Source: Actinomycetes bacterium
Lineage (GTDB): Bacteria; Actinomycetota; Actinomycetes; S36-B12; UBA5976
Assembly: GCA_037619625.1 (NCBI GenBank)
Contig: JASJMK010000046.1
Coordinates: 711 to 64,710, forward strand
DNA length: 64,000 nt
Direction of reading: 5' to 3'
Shown here: positions 17,610 to 26,690 of the stretch, piece after piece
Layout of the letters: the number at the start of each line of letters is the position of its first letter
Position numbering within the stretch: position 1 is the stretch's first letter
Notes under the pieces: generated by a model
The model's input: only the letters and a program-made list of their open reading frames with translations
Told to the model about the DNA's origin: nothing
The model's database searches: none
Made by a program: the position numbers and the translations under genes

Positions 17610-18854
17610 ATGACCACCAAGGAAGCAATTAACATCGTTGATCCTGCAATTTATGAGCAGGGGATACCGCACGAAACATTTAGCTGGATGCGACACAACG
17701 CTCCGGTTTATCGTCACGAGTATGCAGACGGTGACTTCTGGGCAATAACGAGATACAACGACATCATTCAAGTAACCAGAGACTGGGAAACTTTTTCGTC
17801 TGCCCAGAAAATGGTAAATCTTTGGGACCTGCCAGATGAGGCTATGGCGTCTAGGCGCTCGATAATTGAAAGTGATCCGCCGATCCATGCCCGATTGCGC
17901 AAATTGGCCATGCCACCATTTACTTTGCGCAAAGTTGCAGATTACGAAGCGGCAACCCAAAAGATTGCAGCGACACTTCTAGACGCCGCGGTTGAGAACT
18001 CAGACGTAGATCTTGTTACTGCGATTTCATCTCCGTTGCCCATTCAGGTAATCGTAAACATTCTTGGTGTGCCGAGTGAAGATGCCGACTACATGGTTGA
18101 GCTAAGTGATCACTTAGTTGAAGGAACAACGGGCGAACCACTTGAACCAGATGCGTATGGAAATAAAACACCGCTAGAGCTATTACCTTTCAATAGCCCA
18201 GCCGCTTTTGCACTTTTTGAATACGGAAGGAAGTTAGGCGACGAGCGGCGAGCAAATCCTCATGAGGATGTGGTTAGCACTTTGGTGCACTCGCAAGTCG
18301 ACGGAGAGCATCTATCTGAAACTGAATTTGCAAATTTCTTTCAGGTTTTGGTTTTTGCTGGAAATGAAACGACTCGCACAGCGATATCAAATGGCCTGCA
18401 TGCATTTATGGACAATCCAGAACAGTTGGAAATGTTTTATGACAACCCAGATCTAATTGAAAATGCGGTAGAAGAAATAATTCGGTATGCCACCCCGGTT
18501 CTTCATTTCCGCCGCACGGCCACTAAAGACACCGAGATAGATGGCCACCCAATTGCAGCCGGGGACAAGGTTGTGATGTGGTACGCCTCATCAAACTTTG
18601 ATGAAGAATTCTTTGAAAACCCTTTAAAATTCGATGTTTCACGTCCGACACGCCCAAAGCACTTGGCTTTTGGTGCCCAAGGCCCCCATCACTGCATTGG
18701 AGCCTCACTAGCACGCCTGGAAATAAAGATTTTGTTGGTGGAAATGCGAAAAAGGCGGATTTTTTTGGAAAGAACTGGAACTATCGTTAGGACCCGTTCG
18801 AATTTTGTGAATGGGGTGTTAAGTCTTCCAGCCCGTGTTAAGCAGGGTGGATGA
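17610..18854 (+). CDS. Cytochrome P450 (paralog of 8779-10029)
   Basis: AGNETTR, EEIIR, FGAQGPHHCIG; shares a PFxSPAA segment with the 8779 protein. Confidence 0.93.
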   Translation: MTTKEAINIVDPAIYEQGIPHETFSWMRHNAPVYRHEYADGDFWAITRYNDIIQVTRDWETFSSAQKMVNLWDLPDEAMASRRSIIESDPPIHARLRKLAMPPFTLRKVADYEAATQKIAATLLDAAVENSDVDLVTAISSPLPIQVIVNILGVPSEDADYMVELSDHLVEGTTGEPLEPDAYGNKTPLELLPFNSPAAFALFEYGRKLGDERRANPHEDVVSTLVHSQVDGEHLSETEFANFFQVLVFAGNETTRTAISNGLHAFMDNPEQLEMFYDNPDLIENAVEEIIRYATPVLHFRRTATKDTEIDGHPIAAGDKVVMWYASSNFDEEFFENPLKFDVSRPTRPKHLAFGAQGPHHCIGASLARLEIKILLVEMRKRRIFLERTGTIVRTRSNFVNGVLSLPARVKQGG

Positions 18855-18920
18855 GCACGACAAGTTGTTTGCATCGGGCAGGCAACGTAAGGCGCAAGTT
18901 AAGGACTCTAGGAGGAGCCC

Positions 18921-20435
18921 ATGACAACACGTAATTCTGATCATGAAACACAAAATGAAAGTCTGCGCAAAGGGAGCATTGGCGTTCTTGGCATTGTCTT
19001 CTTCGTCGTAGCTGCCGCTGCACCACTTGCCGGTATGACTGGCGCTGCACCAGTTGCAATTGTTCTCGGTAGTGGATCCGGCACCCCAGGTGCATACCTC
19101 TTGGTGGGACTTGTTTTACTTTTATTCAGCGTTGGATATGCAGCGATGAGTCATCGTGTCACGAATGCTGGTGCATTCTTTGCATACGTTGGTAGAGGCT
19201 TGGGAACAAACATGGGCGTAGGCTCCGCTTTTGTTTCGATGGTTGCCTATCTAGCTGTCCAGTGGTGCATCTATGGCTTCTTTGGAGCTGTAATGGCTGG
19301 GCAGATGTCAGCAAAGTTTGGCCTAGATATCTCTTGGTACACATGGGCGTTAATTGCGCTCGTAATTGCCACAGTTCTGTCGCTATTGCGAGTAGATGTT
19401 GGCGCCAAAGTTTTAGGTACTTTCATGCTGGCAGAAATGGCCGCACTAGTTATCACTTCATTAGCAGTACTTGTTGATGGTGGGCCAGAGGGCTGGAATT
19501 TGGGAGCGTCTTTTTCCCCTAGCAGCATTTTTGCTGGTGGTTTACTTGGAACTGCTGGTATTGCATTTGCCTTCGCATTTGCCTCGTTCATCGGATTCGA
19601 AGCGACTGCAATTTATGGTGAAGAAACTAAAGATCCAAAACGTGCGGTGCCTCGTGCCACCTACTTCGCGGTAGGAGCAATTACCTCAGTTTTCGTTTTA
19701 GTTACTTTTGCAATGATCACAGCGATGGGTTCATCGGAAGCAGTGAATAAAACTGTTGAATGGTCGTCGGTTGATGGCGTACCTCTTGCCAACCCAGCAA
19801 ATGTATTGATTACAGTCGCAAGCACTTTTGTTGGTCCTTGGCTAGGAACGCTCATGGGCTGGCTGATTTTGTCGAGTTTGTTTGCGGCCGTTGTTGCATT
19901 CCAAAACTCTGCTAGTCGATATCTATTTGCCATGAGCCGTGGCGGAGTGCTGCCACCAGCACTTGCAAAGGTTAATAGTCGTGGAGCGCCCCAAAATGCT
20001 GCCATTGTTACTTCGGCACTTGCGGTGATTGTTATCCTCTACTTCCAGGTAAACGCTCTTGATCCAATCCTGAATCTGTTCTACTGGCTGAGCGCAACTG
20101 CCGTTATTGCAATTGTGTTGGTGGAAATTTTGGTCAGCATTGCAGTGATTGCATTCTTTGCAAAGAACAAGGTCGATGAAAACGTTTTCGTTCGCCTTAT
20201 CGCACCTGTTCTAGCTGCGATTGGGTTGGCTTTCGGTCAGTATTTGCTGATGTCACGTTTCTCTTTACTTGCAGGTACCGTAGCGCCAGACATTGACCCA
20301 ACCGTAACTCCCTGGGCACAAAATCTGACGGGCACAGTGTTGCTGGTTGTTCCGTTCGCAGCGCTATTACTCGGTTACCTAATCGGATTAGTTCGGAAGG
20401 AAAAGGATGAGGCAATCAAGGACCTTGTTGGCTAG
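18921..20435 (+). CDS. APC-family amino acid/amine permease
   Basis: About 12 hydrophobic segments, AAAAP, FIGFE..AIYGEE.KDP.R.VPRA, RYLFAM.R.GVLP. Confidence 0.9.
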   Translation: MTTRNSDHETQNESLRKGSIGVLGIVFFVVAAAAPLAGMTGAAPVAIVLGSGSGTPGAYLLVGLVLLLFSVGYAAMSHRVTNAGAFFAYVGRGLGTNMGVGSAFVSMVAYLAVQWCIYGFFGAVMAGQMSAKFGLDISWYTWALIALVIATVLSLLRVDVGAKVLGTFMLAEMAALVITSLAVLVDGGPEGWNLGASFSPSSIFAGGLLGTAGIAFAFAFASFIGFEATAIYGEETKDPKRAVPRATYFAVGAITSVFVLVTFAMITAMGSSEAVNKTVEWSSVDGVPLANPANVLITVASTFVGPWLGTLMGWLILSSLFAAVVAFQNSASRYLFAMSRGGVLPPALAKVNSRGAPQNAAIVTSALAVIVILYFQVNALDPILNLFYWLSATAVIAIVLVEILVSIAVIAFFAKNKVDENVFVRLIAPVLAAIGLAFGQYLLMSRFSLLAGTVAPDIDPTVTPWAQNLTGTVLLVVPFAALLLGYLIGLVRKEKDEAIKDLVG

Positions 20436-20442
20436 TTAGGTC

Positions 20443-20482
20443 AAAAAGTAGGGGTTACCGGTTGCGGTAGCCCCTGCTTTTT
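20443..20482 (+). terminator. Intrinsic terminator closing the catabolic region
   Basis: AAAAAGTAGGGGTTACCG-GTTG-CGGTAGCCCCTGCTTTTT hairpin with a U-tract, 7 nt after the permease stop. Confidence 0.85.
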
Positions 20483-20549
20483 GCTTTGCGCATGAACTAC
20501 TTGCTCGCGCCTACTGCAATAAAGCCCAATTGCTTTATACCGTGATCTT

Positions 20550-21236
20550 GTGACAGGTGTAGTTCATCCAATTGGCCCCGAGGAACCGGTGGTTTATTGG
20601 CGACGCAGATTACTGGTCGGGTTACTAGCCTTTTTAACATTATTTGCACTAACACAAATGTTTTCTGGTGGCGACGATGGGAATCCAGCCGCTGCCGCAA
20701 TTCCCGCTAGTGCTGCTTCAGCAACGCCGTTAGCCGCCGCTTCAGCCACTCCAGGCACGTCAGCTGACAGCACAGGACTTACTGAACCTGCCACACCTAC
20801 TGTCCAAACCCTGCAGCCAACTGCTCAGCCCACAGTTCAAGTTGTGGCAGAAGGGGAATGCTCCGACGCACAAATCTCAATGCAAGTTGAAATTGATCGC
20901 AACACAACAGATGTTGGTGAAGGCGTTCATATCAAGATGATTTTGAAAAATACTTCGACCACAACATGTAAGCGCGACGTTGGTAGCGGTGCAAACGAAA
21001 TAACTGTTATTTCTGGGCCAGCATTAATTTGGTCAACAGATCATTGCAATGCCAGTACTGAAAAAGATCTGCAAGAGTTCGCACCTGGCCAAGAGTGGAG
21101 CGTAAATGTGGTCTGGATTGGAAAGCAGACTGCTAAAGGTTGCAAAGTTCGAAACATGGCGCAGCCCGGTGCTTATTGGGCACATGGCCGCAACGGTAGT
21201 TTAAATAGCGACGGCATGAAGTTTGAAGTGCAATAA
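20550..21236 (+). CDS. Conserved membrane-anchored protein convergent with disA (Rv3587c-like)
   Basis: GP..P.VYWRRR N-terminus, one TM segment, Ala/Thr/Pro linker, Cys-containing C-domain (WS..DHC); synteny with radA-disA. Confidence 0.75.
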   Translation: MTGVVHPIGPEEPVVYWRRRLLVGLLAFLTLFALTQMFSGGDDGNPAAAAIPASAASATPLAAASATPGTSADSTGLTEPATPTVQTLQPTAQPTVQVVAEGECSDAQISMQVEIDRNTTDVGEGVHIKMILKNTSTTTCKRDVGSGANEITVISGPALIWSTDHCNASTEKDLQEFAPGQEWSVNVVWIGKQTAKGCKVRNMAQPGAYWAHGRNGSLNSDGMKFEVQ

Positions 21237-21326
21237 CTTCGAAGAAGTTATTGCAGCAGTAAGTACCGAAGTAACTTCGAAGAAGTTATTGCAGTAGTAA
21301 GTCCCTAAATAACTTTGAAGAAATTA
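21229..21326. repeat. 38-bp tandem repeat (~2.5 copies) carrying a hairpin, between convergent stop codons
   Basis: TAACTTCGAAGAAGTTATTGCAG recurs at 21234, 21272 and (degenerate) 21310. The first copy forms a perfect 12-bp stem TGCAATAACTTC/GAAGTTATTGCA. Confidence 0.85.
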
Positions 21327-22415
21327 AACGTAACGTTCTAACAAACTTGCTTCGGCAACTCTCGACAAGTTTTCCCGAATAGCCCGAGCTCTTGTTTCGC
21401 CCACACCTTCAACGTCACGCAATTCTTCGACAGAAGCAGAAAGTAGTTTTTGTAAACTGCCAAAGTGGGAAATCAAGTTTTCAAATATTTGTTCGGGCAA
21501 TCTAGGAACTCTGGCTAGTAGTCGGAAGCCACGCGGATGAACGGAGTTATCTAAGGATTCGGTATCACTTGGCAAGCCAATAACTTCAGCAATTTTTGAG
21601 ACATCCAACAACCCAGAAGCATCTAATTCCGAAAGGTTCGCCAAAACAGTTCCAGGTTTGTTGGCCTTTCTACCACCACTTGGCAAGTAGTCAGCAATGA
21701 TGTAACTCAAATCAGCGGCAGTTCCCGAAATAAGTTCCTCTAGCTGGAGTGACAATAATCGTCCATCAGAACCAAGTTCAATGACGTGTGCTGCAATCTC
21801 ATTTGAAATTCTTCGAACCATTTCATGACGTTGCACGACTGTTGAAACGTCACGGGCAGTAACTAAGTCTTCAATTTCCATAGTGGAAAGTGAGCCAGCA
21901 ACTTCGTCTAAGCGGGCTCGATATCGCTCCAAAGTTGCAAGTGCCTGGTTAGCTTTGGAAAGAATGGTTGCTGAGTCCTCCAACACATAACGCCGACCAT
22001 CCAGGTACAGCGCAATGATGTTCATTGATTTACTTACGCTAATAACTGGCAAGTTTGATTGACGGGAAACACGATCCGCGGTGCGGTGACGCGTTCCCTG
22101 TTCATCAGTTGGAATTTTAGGATCTGGCAGAAGTTGCACAGCAGCCGAAATAATCTTTAACGCCTCACGGTCACAAATAACGGCGCCATCCATTTTTGCT
22201 AATTCACGAAGGCGAGTTGCAGAAAAATCTATGTTGACATCAAAACCACCGCTGCTTATTGCGCTGATGGTCTTGTCTTGGCCAAGGACAATCAACGCCC
22301 CAGTGCTACCGCGCAGAATTCGCTCCAAGCCATCGCGTAGCGCAGTTCCTGGCGCTACTTGAGCGAGAACAGAGCGAAGAAGTTCAGCGGAATCAACTTG
22401 CTCTTTGATAACCAC
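21324..22415 (-). CDS. disA: DNA integrity scanning diadenylate cyclase
   Basis: APGT.LRDGLERI, KMDGA, GTRHRTA, C-terminal HhH (VEGVG..RA). Confidence 0.96.
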   Translation of the reverse strand: MVIKEQVDSAELLRSVLAQVAPGTALRDGLERILRGSTGALIVLGQDKTISAISSGGFDVNIDFSATRLRELAKMDGAVICDREALKIISAAVQLLPDPKIPTDEQGTRHRTADRVSRQSNLPVISVSKSMNIIALYLDGRRYVLEDSATILSKANQALATLERYRARLDEVAGSLSTMEIEDLVTARDVSTVVQRHEMVRRISNEIAAHVIELGSDGRLLSLQLEELISGTAADLSYIIADYLPSGGRKANKPGTVLANLSELDASGLLDVSKIAEVIGLPSDTESLDNSVHPRGFRLLARVPRLPEQIFENLISHFGSLQKLLSASVEELRDVEGVGETRARAIRENLSRVAEASLLERYV

Positions 22416-22487
22416 GACTGTTCTTTCTATCTGGAGTTGGAATGAGTCTATGTCGAAATCGAGAAAATGCTAGGTATTGAAAAGAAT

Positions 22488-23861
22488 TCAGACTGCGTTA
22501 ACCGCATCGCCAAGTGAACTTACTTCAATTAGTCGAATACCTTTTACTCCTGGTGGCAACTTGGTGCCTTTCGGGACCAAAGCAGTTTTGAAACCGATGC
22601 GGGCAGCTTCGCTTAATCTTTGATTCATTCCTGGAACTGGCCTAACATCGCCGCTCAAGGCGACTTCCCCAATTGCCACCAAGTCAATGGGTAAAGCCTT
22701 ATCGCGAGCTGAGGAAGTTATTGCTAAGCACATCGCTAAATCTGCACCTGGATCAGAAATCTTGGCGCCAGCAACCGTGGCCAAGTAAACGTCTTTATCC
22801 CAAAGCTTCAATCGAGCTGCTCGCTCCGTCACAGCAATTAACATTGCGGCTCGAGCATTATCAAATCCAGTAGTGCGGCGCATTGGATTATTGCCAGGAC
22901 TAGTTGTAGTTAGCGCCTGCACTTCCACCAATAGGGCGCGCCGACCTTCAAGGGTTATGGCAATACATGTTCCAGGGATTGCCTGGTCGCGCTGAGAGCG
23001 AAATAACGCAGAGGGATCAGTGACTTGACGCAACCCATCATCGGCTTGTTCGAAGCACGCAACCTCGTCCGCTGGACCGTAACGATTTTTATTTGCTCGC
23101 AATAGACGAAGCGGTGTGCCTCGGTCACCTTCAAATGTAAGAACGGTATCGACTAGGTGCTCTAGTGATCGAGGTCCAGCAACAGAGTTATCTCGGGTGG
23201 ACTGCCCTATTAGCAGCAGCGGCATACGGCGGCCTTTGGCTGCGCGCGTTAAAACTTGAGTCACCTCGTGTACTTGGGCAACGCCGCCTGCTCGACCATC
23301 AAGTTCTGCTGAGGCAATTGTTTGCACACTGTCAACGATCAATAAATCTGGATCAACATCTTCAACATGACCAAGCAGCACAGCTAAATCAGTTTCATCT
23401 GCGATCAATAGCGTCTGCGCATTAACACCAATCCGCCTGGCTCTAATTCCAATTTGCTCAGCCGATTCTTCGCCGGAGATATAAAGTACTTTTCGAGGCT
23501 TGGTACCTGCTCTGGCAAACTTATCGGCAGCTTCTAGCAACAAGGTTGATTTTCCAACCCCAGGTTCACCCGCCAGTAACACACACTGACCAGCGACGAG
23601 TCCGCCACCTAAAACTCGATCGAATTCTTCGATACCCGTTGAGGTACGTTCGACTTCTCCAAGCGGAATATCTTTAACTGGTCGGGCTGGTTTTCCAGGA
23701 GCAACCCCAGTTGTTGAGGTGCGAAGTCCGGCACTGCTGGCGCCGCCAGCTGACTCTGTGACTGAACTCCAGGCTTGGCATTCCGGGCAACGCCCGACCC
23801 ACTTGTGTCCCGTCCAGCCGCACTCAGTGCATTTGTAAGTTGGACGCGTTGCTTTTGCCAT
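22488..23861 (-). CDS. radA: DNA repair protein RadA/Sms
   Basis: CxxC..CxxC zinc finger, GEPGVGKST, KNRYG, Lon-like C-terminus. Confidence 0.97.
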   Translation of the reverse strand: MAKATRPTYKCTECGWTGHKWVGRCPECQAWSSVTESAGGASSAGLRTSTTGVAPGKPARPVKDIPLGEVERTSTGIEEFDRVLGGGLVAGQCVLLAGEPGVGKSTLLLEAADKFARAGTKPRKVLYISGEESAEQIGIRARRIGVNAQTLLIADETDLAVLLGHVEDVDPDLLIVDSVQTIASAELDGRAGGVAQVHEVTQVLTRAAKGRRMPLLLIGQSTRDNSVAGPRSLEHLVDTVLTFEGDRGTPLRLLRANKNRYGPADEVACFEQADDGLRQVTDPSALFRSQRDQAIPGTCIAITLEGRRALLVEVQALTTTSPGNNPMRRTTGFDNARAAMLIAVTERAARLKLWDKDVYLATVAGAKISDPGADLAMCLAITSSARDKALPIDLVAIGEVALSGDVRPVPGMNQRLSEAARIGFKTALVPKGTKLPPGVKGIRLIEVSSLGDAVNAV

Positions 23862-23867
23862 GCCCTT

Positions 23868-23889
23868 AGATTACGGGTTAGCGCCGACA
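23868..23889 (-). promoter_or_regulatory. PafBC-type (RecA-NDp) DNA-damage promoter of radA, leaderless
   Basis: Minus strand reads TGTCGG-CGCTAACCCG-TAATCT, 6 nt before the ATG. Confidence 0.8.
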
Positions 23890-23909
23890 GTTAAATACGG
23901 CGACTACGA

Positions 23910-24689
23910 CTATTTAGGAGTTGCTGGGTGGATCGCTAAGTACTTGATTGCTCGAGTGTTATTTGCTGCTTTTGCTGCGGCAATAACTTCTTCGCGGGCA
24001 CTGCAGTGCTCAGCTAAAATTTTGTAAGCTTTTTTGCCCATAAGCGCAGTAAGTTCTGGTTCGTAGGACTGGTAAACCGCGCGGGCACCGACATGGGCTT
24101 CCGTAGCTGTGGTGCAGTACCAGTCAAGATCTTCCCCGCCTGGACCCCAACCACGCCGAGTGTATTCCTCGATACCGATGACGGTTATTTCCACATCATC
24201 AGGGCGCTTAACTTCTTCGAAAGTGCGACGAATTGGAAGTTCCCAACAAACTTGTGGCTTTGTCACAAGAGGATTTACGCCAAGTTTTCCGGCCAGGATG
24301 TGTAGCGAGCAACCATCGCCACCTTCGAATTCGTTTCGGTTGTGAAAAATGCAGGCGCCGTTAAAGGCGCGAGTTTTGCGATCGCCTTCGTCATCTTTTT
24401 CAAACATGCCGTTTTTATGACCCTCTTTATGGTTTTGCCAAATGTCAGGAGTCAGCATCGCTGCATATTTTTTTGTATTTTTAAAATCTTCTTTGTCAGC
24501 GATGTGAGCCCCGAGTGTGCAACAACCAACATCAGGATTTTCTTTATCGATACCTTTGCAGCCGTTTCCCCAAATACAAGTCCAACGACTTGTGAGCCAA
24601 GTTAAATCGCAACGATATAAATTTGTGTCATTCTCAGGATCAACAAACTCGACCCAAGCGCGAGGGAAATCAGGATTCTTTTCAACCAC
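23910..24689 (-). CDS. Conserved Cys-rich actinobacterial protein (Rv0495c-like, putative metal binding)
   Basis: DLTWLTS.W.CI.G.GC, GCC..GAH, CIF.N, GC.LH, KP.VCW.LP; divergent from ppx. Confidence 0.75.
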   Translation of the reverse strand: MVEKNPDFPRAWVEFVDPENDTNLYRCDLTWLTSRWTCIWGNGCKGIDKENPDVGCCTLGAHIADKEDFKNTKKYAAMLTPDIWQNHKEGHKNGMFEKDDEGDRKTRAFNGACIFHNRNEFEGGDGCSLHILAGKLGVNPLVTKPQVCWELPIRRTFEEVKRPDDVEITVIGIEEYTRRGWGPGGEDLDWYCTTATEAHVGARAVYQSYEPELTALMGKKAYKILAEHCSAREEVIAAAKAANNTRAIKYLAIHPATPK

Positions 24690-24757
24690 GGATGAATCTT
24701 ATTATGCTTTGGTGTGCTTACGCACATTGCACTCATCTCACCAGTAACATTTCGACT

Positions 24758-25690
24758 ATGCGCATGGCGGTGTTAGATGTTGGTTCAAACACTGTTCACC
24801 TGTTAATCGTTGACGCTCATGCCGGTGCAGCCCCCATCCCAGCTATGTCCCAAAAGTATGAGCTGAGGTTGGCCCAGCAGCTTAAAGATGAAGGCAGCTT
24901 AACCAAGTCATCCGTTAAATCTTTAATTGAGGTGCTGCACGAATGCAATAACTACATCAAAGATCATGATTGCGATGAGTTACTTGCCTTTGCTACTTCG
25001 GCAATTCGAGAGTCAAGTAACTCTGATGCAATTTTGGCCAAAATAAAGGCAGAAACGGGAATCGAACTTCAGGTTCTAAATGGCGAACATGAAGCTGCCC
25101 TGACATTTTTAGCAGTTCGACGGTGGTTTGGCTGGTCATCTGGACGATTGTTAGTAGCTGATATTGGTGGCGGGTCTTTTGAAGTGGCGTTTGGCGCAGA
25201 TGAACACCCGGATCTCGCCATGTCAATCCCATTGGGCGCAGGCCGATTAACTCGAGACTTCTTTACGTCGGAAATTCCAAGCGGTGAAGAAATCAAATCG
25301 TTAAGGAAATATATTAAAAAAACTTTAGAAGAAAACTTTTCAAAACTACAAGGTGTCAATTTTGATCATGCCGTTGCGACCAGCAAAACTTTCCGGCAAT
25401 TAGCCCGAATTGGTGGTGCAGCCGCGTCAAGTGAAGGCCAGCGAGTTCAGCGCGAACTATCGCTTAAGACTTTGGATACCTGGGTTCCAAATTTAAGTGA
25501 AATGACCTACGCACAGCGCGCACAATTACCGGGGGTCTCAAGTGGGCGAGCTGAGCAACTAATTGCAGGTGCGATTGTTGCGCAAGAGGCAATGGCCTTT
25601 TTGGGGTTAACGATCCTGGAAGTTTGCCCTTGGGCACTTCGAGAAGGTTTGATTCTGCGCCGGTTGGACTGGTTCCCGGACGATGTGTGA
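24758..25690 (+). CDS. Ppx/GppA family exopolyphosphatase
   Basis: LDVGSNTVHL, ATSAIRE, DIGGGSFE, WALREG; start moved to ATG 24758. Confidence 0.93.
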   Translation: MRMAVLDVGSNTVHLLIVDAHAGAAPIPAMSQKYELRLAQQLKDEGSLTKSSVKSLIEVLHECNNYIKDHDCDELLAFATSAIRESSNSDAILAKIKAETGIELQVLNGEHEAALTFLAVRRWFGWSSGRLLVADIGGGSFEVAFGADEHPDLAMSIPLGAGRLTRDFFTSEIPSGEEIKSLRKYIKKTLEENFSKLQGVNFDHAVATSKTFRQLARIGGAAASSEGQRVQRELSLKTLDTWVPNLSEMTYAQRAQLPGVSSGRAEQLIAGAIVAQEAMAFLGLTILEVCPWALREGLILRRLDWFPDDV

Positions 25691-25750
25691 CTGAGCAATA
25701 AGCGTAAAGTTAAGCCTAGGCCGCTTAAGGCCAAATAGGTCAGGAGAATC

Positions 25751-26680
25751 ATGCTTCGCGAATTATTAGTTTCGGCGTCTCGAAGTAAAAAGTTGGAGCA
25801 CCTCGTTTCCACCTCACCATTGAGTCGAGGTGTTGTTAATCGATTTGTTGCTGGCACTACTACCGCCGACGTTATTGCCACAGTGCAGAGTCTGCATGAT
25901 GTTGGATTGCTAGCATCCGTTGACCGACTTGGCGAAGACACCTTAGATCGTGCGGCAGCAGAGACAACAGTTTCGGATTACAAAGATGTCCTCGGGGCAC
26001 TTTCCAGCGCTGGATTAACTGGCAGTTCCGAAGTGTCTGTGAAGTTGTCTGCAGTTGGCCAAGCGCTTGGAACAGATGGCGAAGCAATAGCCCTGGATAA
26101 TGCTCTTTCTATCTGCGCAGCAGCCAAAGCTGTGGGCACAACCGTTACTTTTGATATGGAAGATCACACCACAATTGACTCCACGCTTCGAATACTTTCC
26201 GCAATTCGAAATGAATTCCCTATGGCCGGGGGCGTGTTGCAAGCACAATTGATTCGTACCGAAGCTGATGTAGCCGCTTTTTCTTACCAAGATTCTCGAA
26301 TCCGGTTATGCAAAGGCGCATACGCGGAAGCATCTGACGTTGCTTATGTGGAGCGCATTGAAATCGACAAAGCATTTGTTCGCAGCATGCGGACATTACT
26401 TGAGTCCAGCGCGTATCCAATGTTGGCCACTCATGACCCTCGATTGATTCAAATCGGCCAGGCTTTGGCCCTTAGCGGTGGGCGCGATAAGTCCACATTT
26501 GAATTCCAGATGCTTCTTGGCGTGCGACCACAAGAACAACTTCGTCTTGCGGAACTTGGTCACAAAGTTCGCATTTACGTACCGTACGGTCAGCAGTGGT
26601 ACCCGTATTTGATGCGTCGAATGGCAGAAAAGCCAACAAACTTGGCGCTTTTCTTGCGGTCCTTAATTTCCAAAGACTAA
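25751..26680 (+). CDS. Monofunctional proline dehydrogenase
   Basis: RFVAG, D.LGE, SVKLS, DMED, RLCKGAY, ATHD, YVPYG..W..Y.MRR.AE. Confidence 0.93.
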   Translation: MLRELLVSASRSKKLEHLVSTSPLSRGVVNRFVAGTTTADVIATVQSLHDVGLLASVDRLGEDTLDRAAAETTVSDYKDVLGALSSAGLTGSSEVSVKLSAVGQALGTDGEAIALDNALSICAAAKAVGTTVTFDMEDHTTIDSTLRILSAIRNEFPMAGGVLQAQLIRTEADVAAFSYQDSRIRLCKGAYAEASDVAYVERIEIDKAFVRSMRTLLESSAYPMLATHDPRLIQIGQALALSGGRDKSTFEFQMLLGVRPQEQLRLAELGHKVRIYVPYGQQWYPYLMRRMAEKPTNLALFLRSLISKD

Positions 26681-26690
26681 TCTTGCGATC

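Noticed and set aside
21234-21326. 38-bp periodic palindromic repeat as a mini-CRISPR
   Set aside because: The intervening segments are near-identical rather than unique spacers, and the period is too short.
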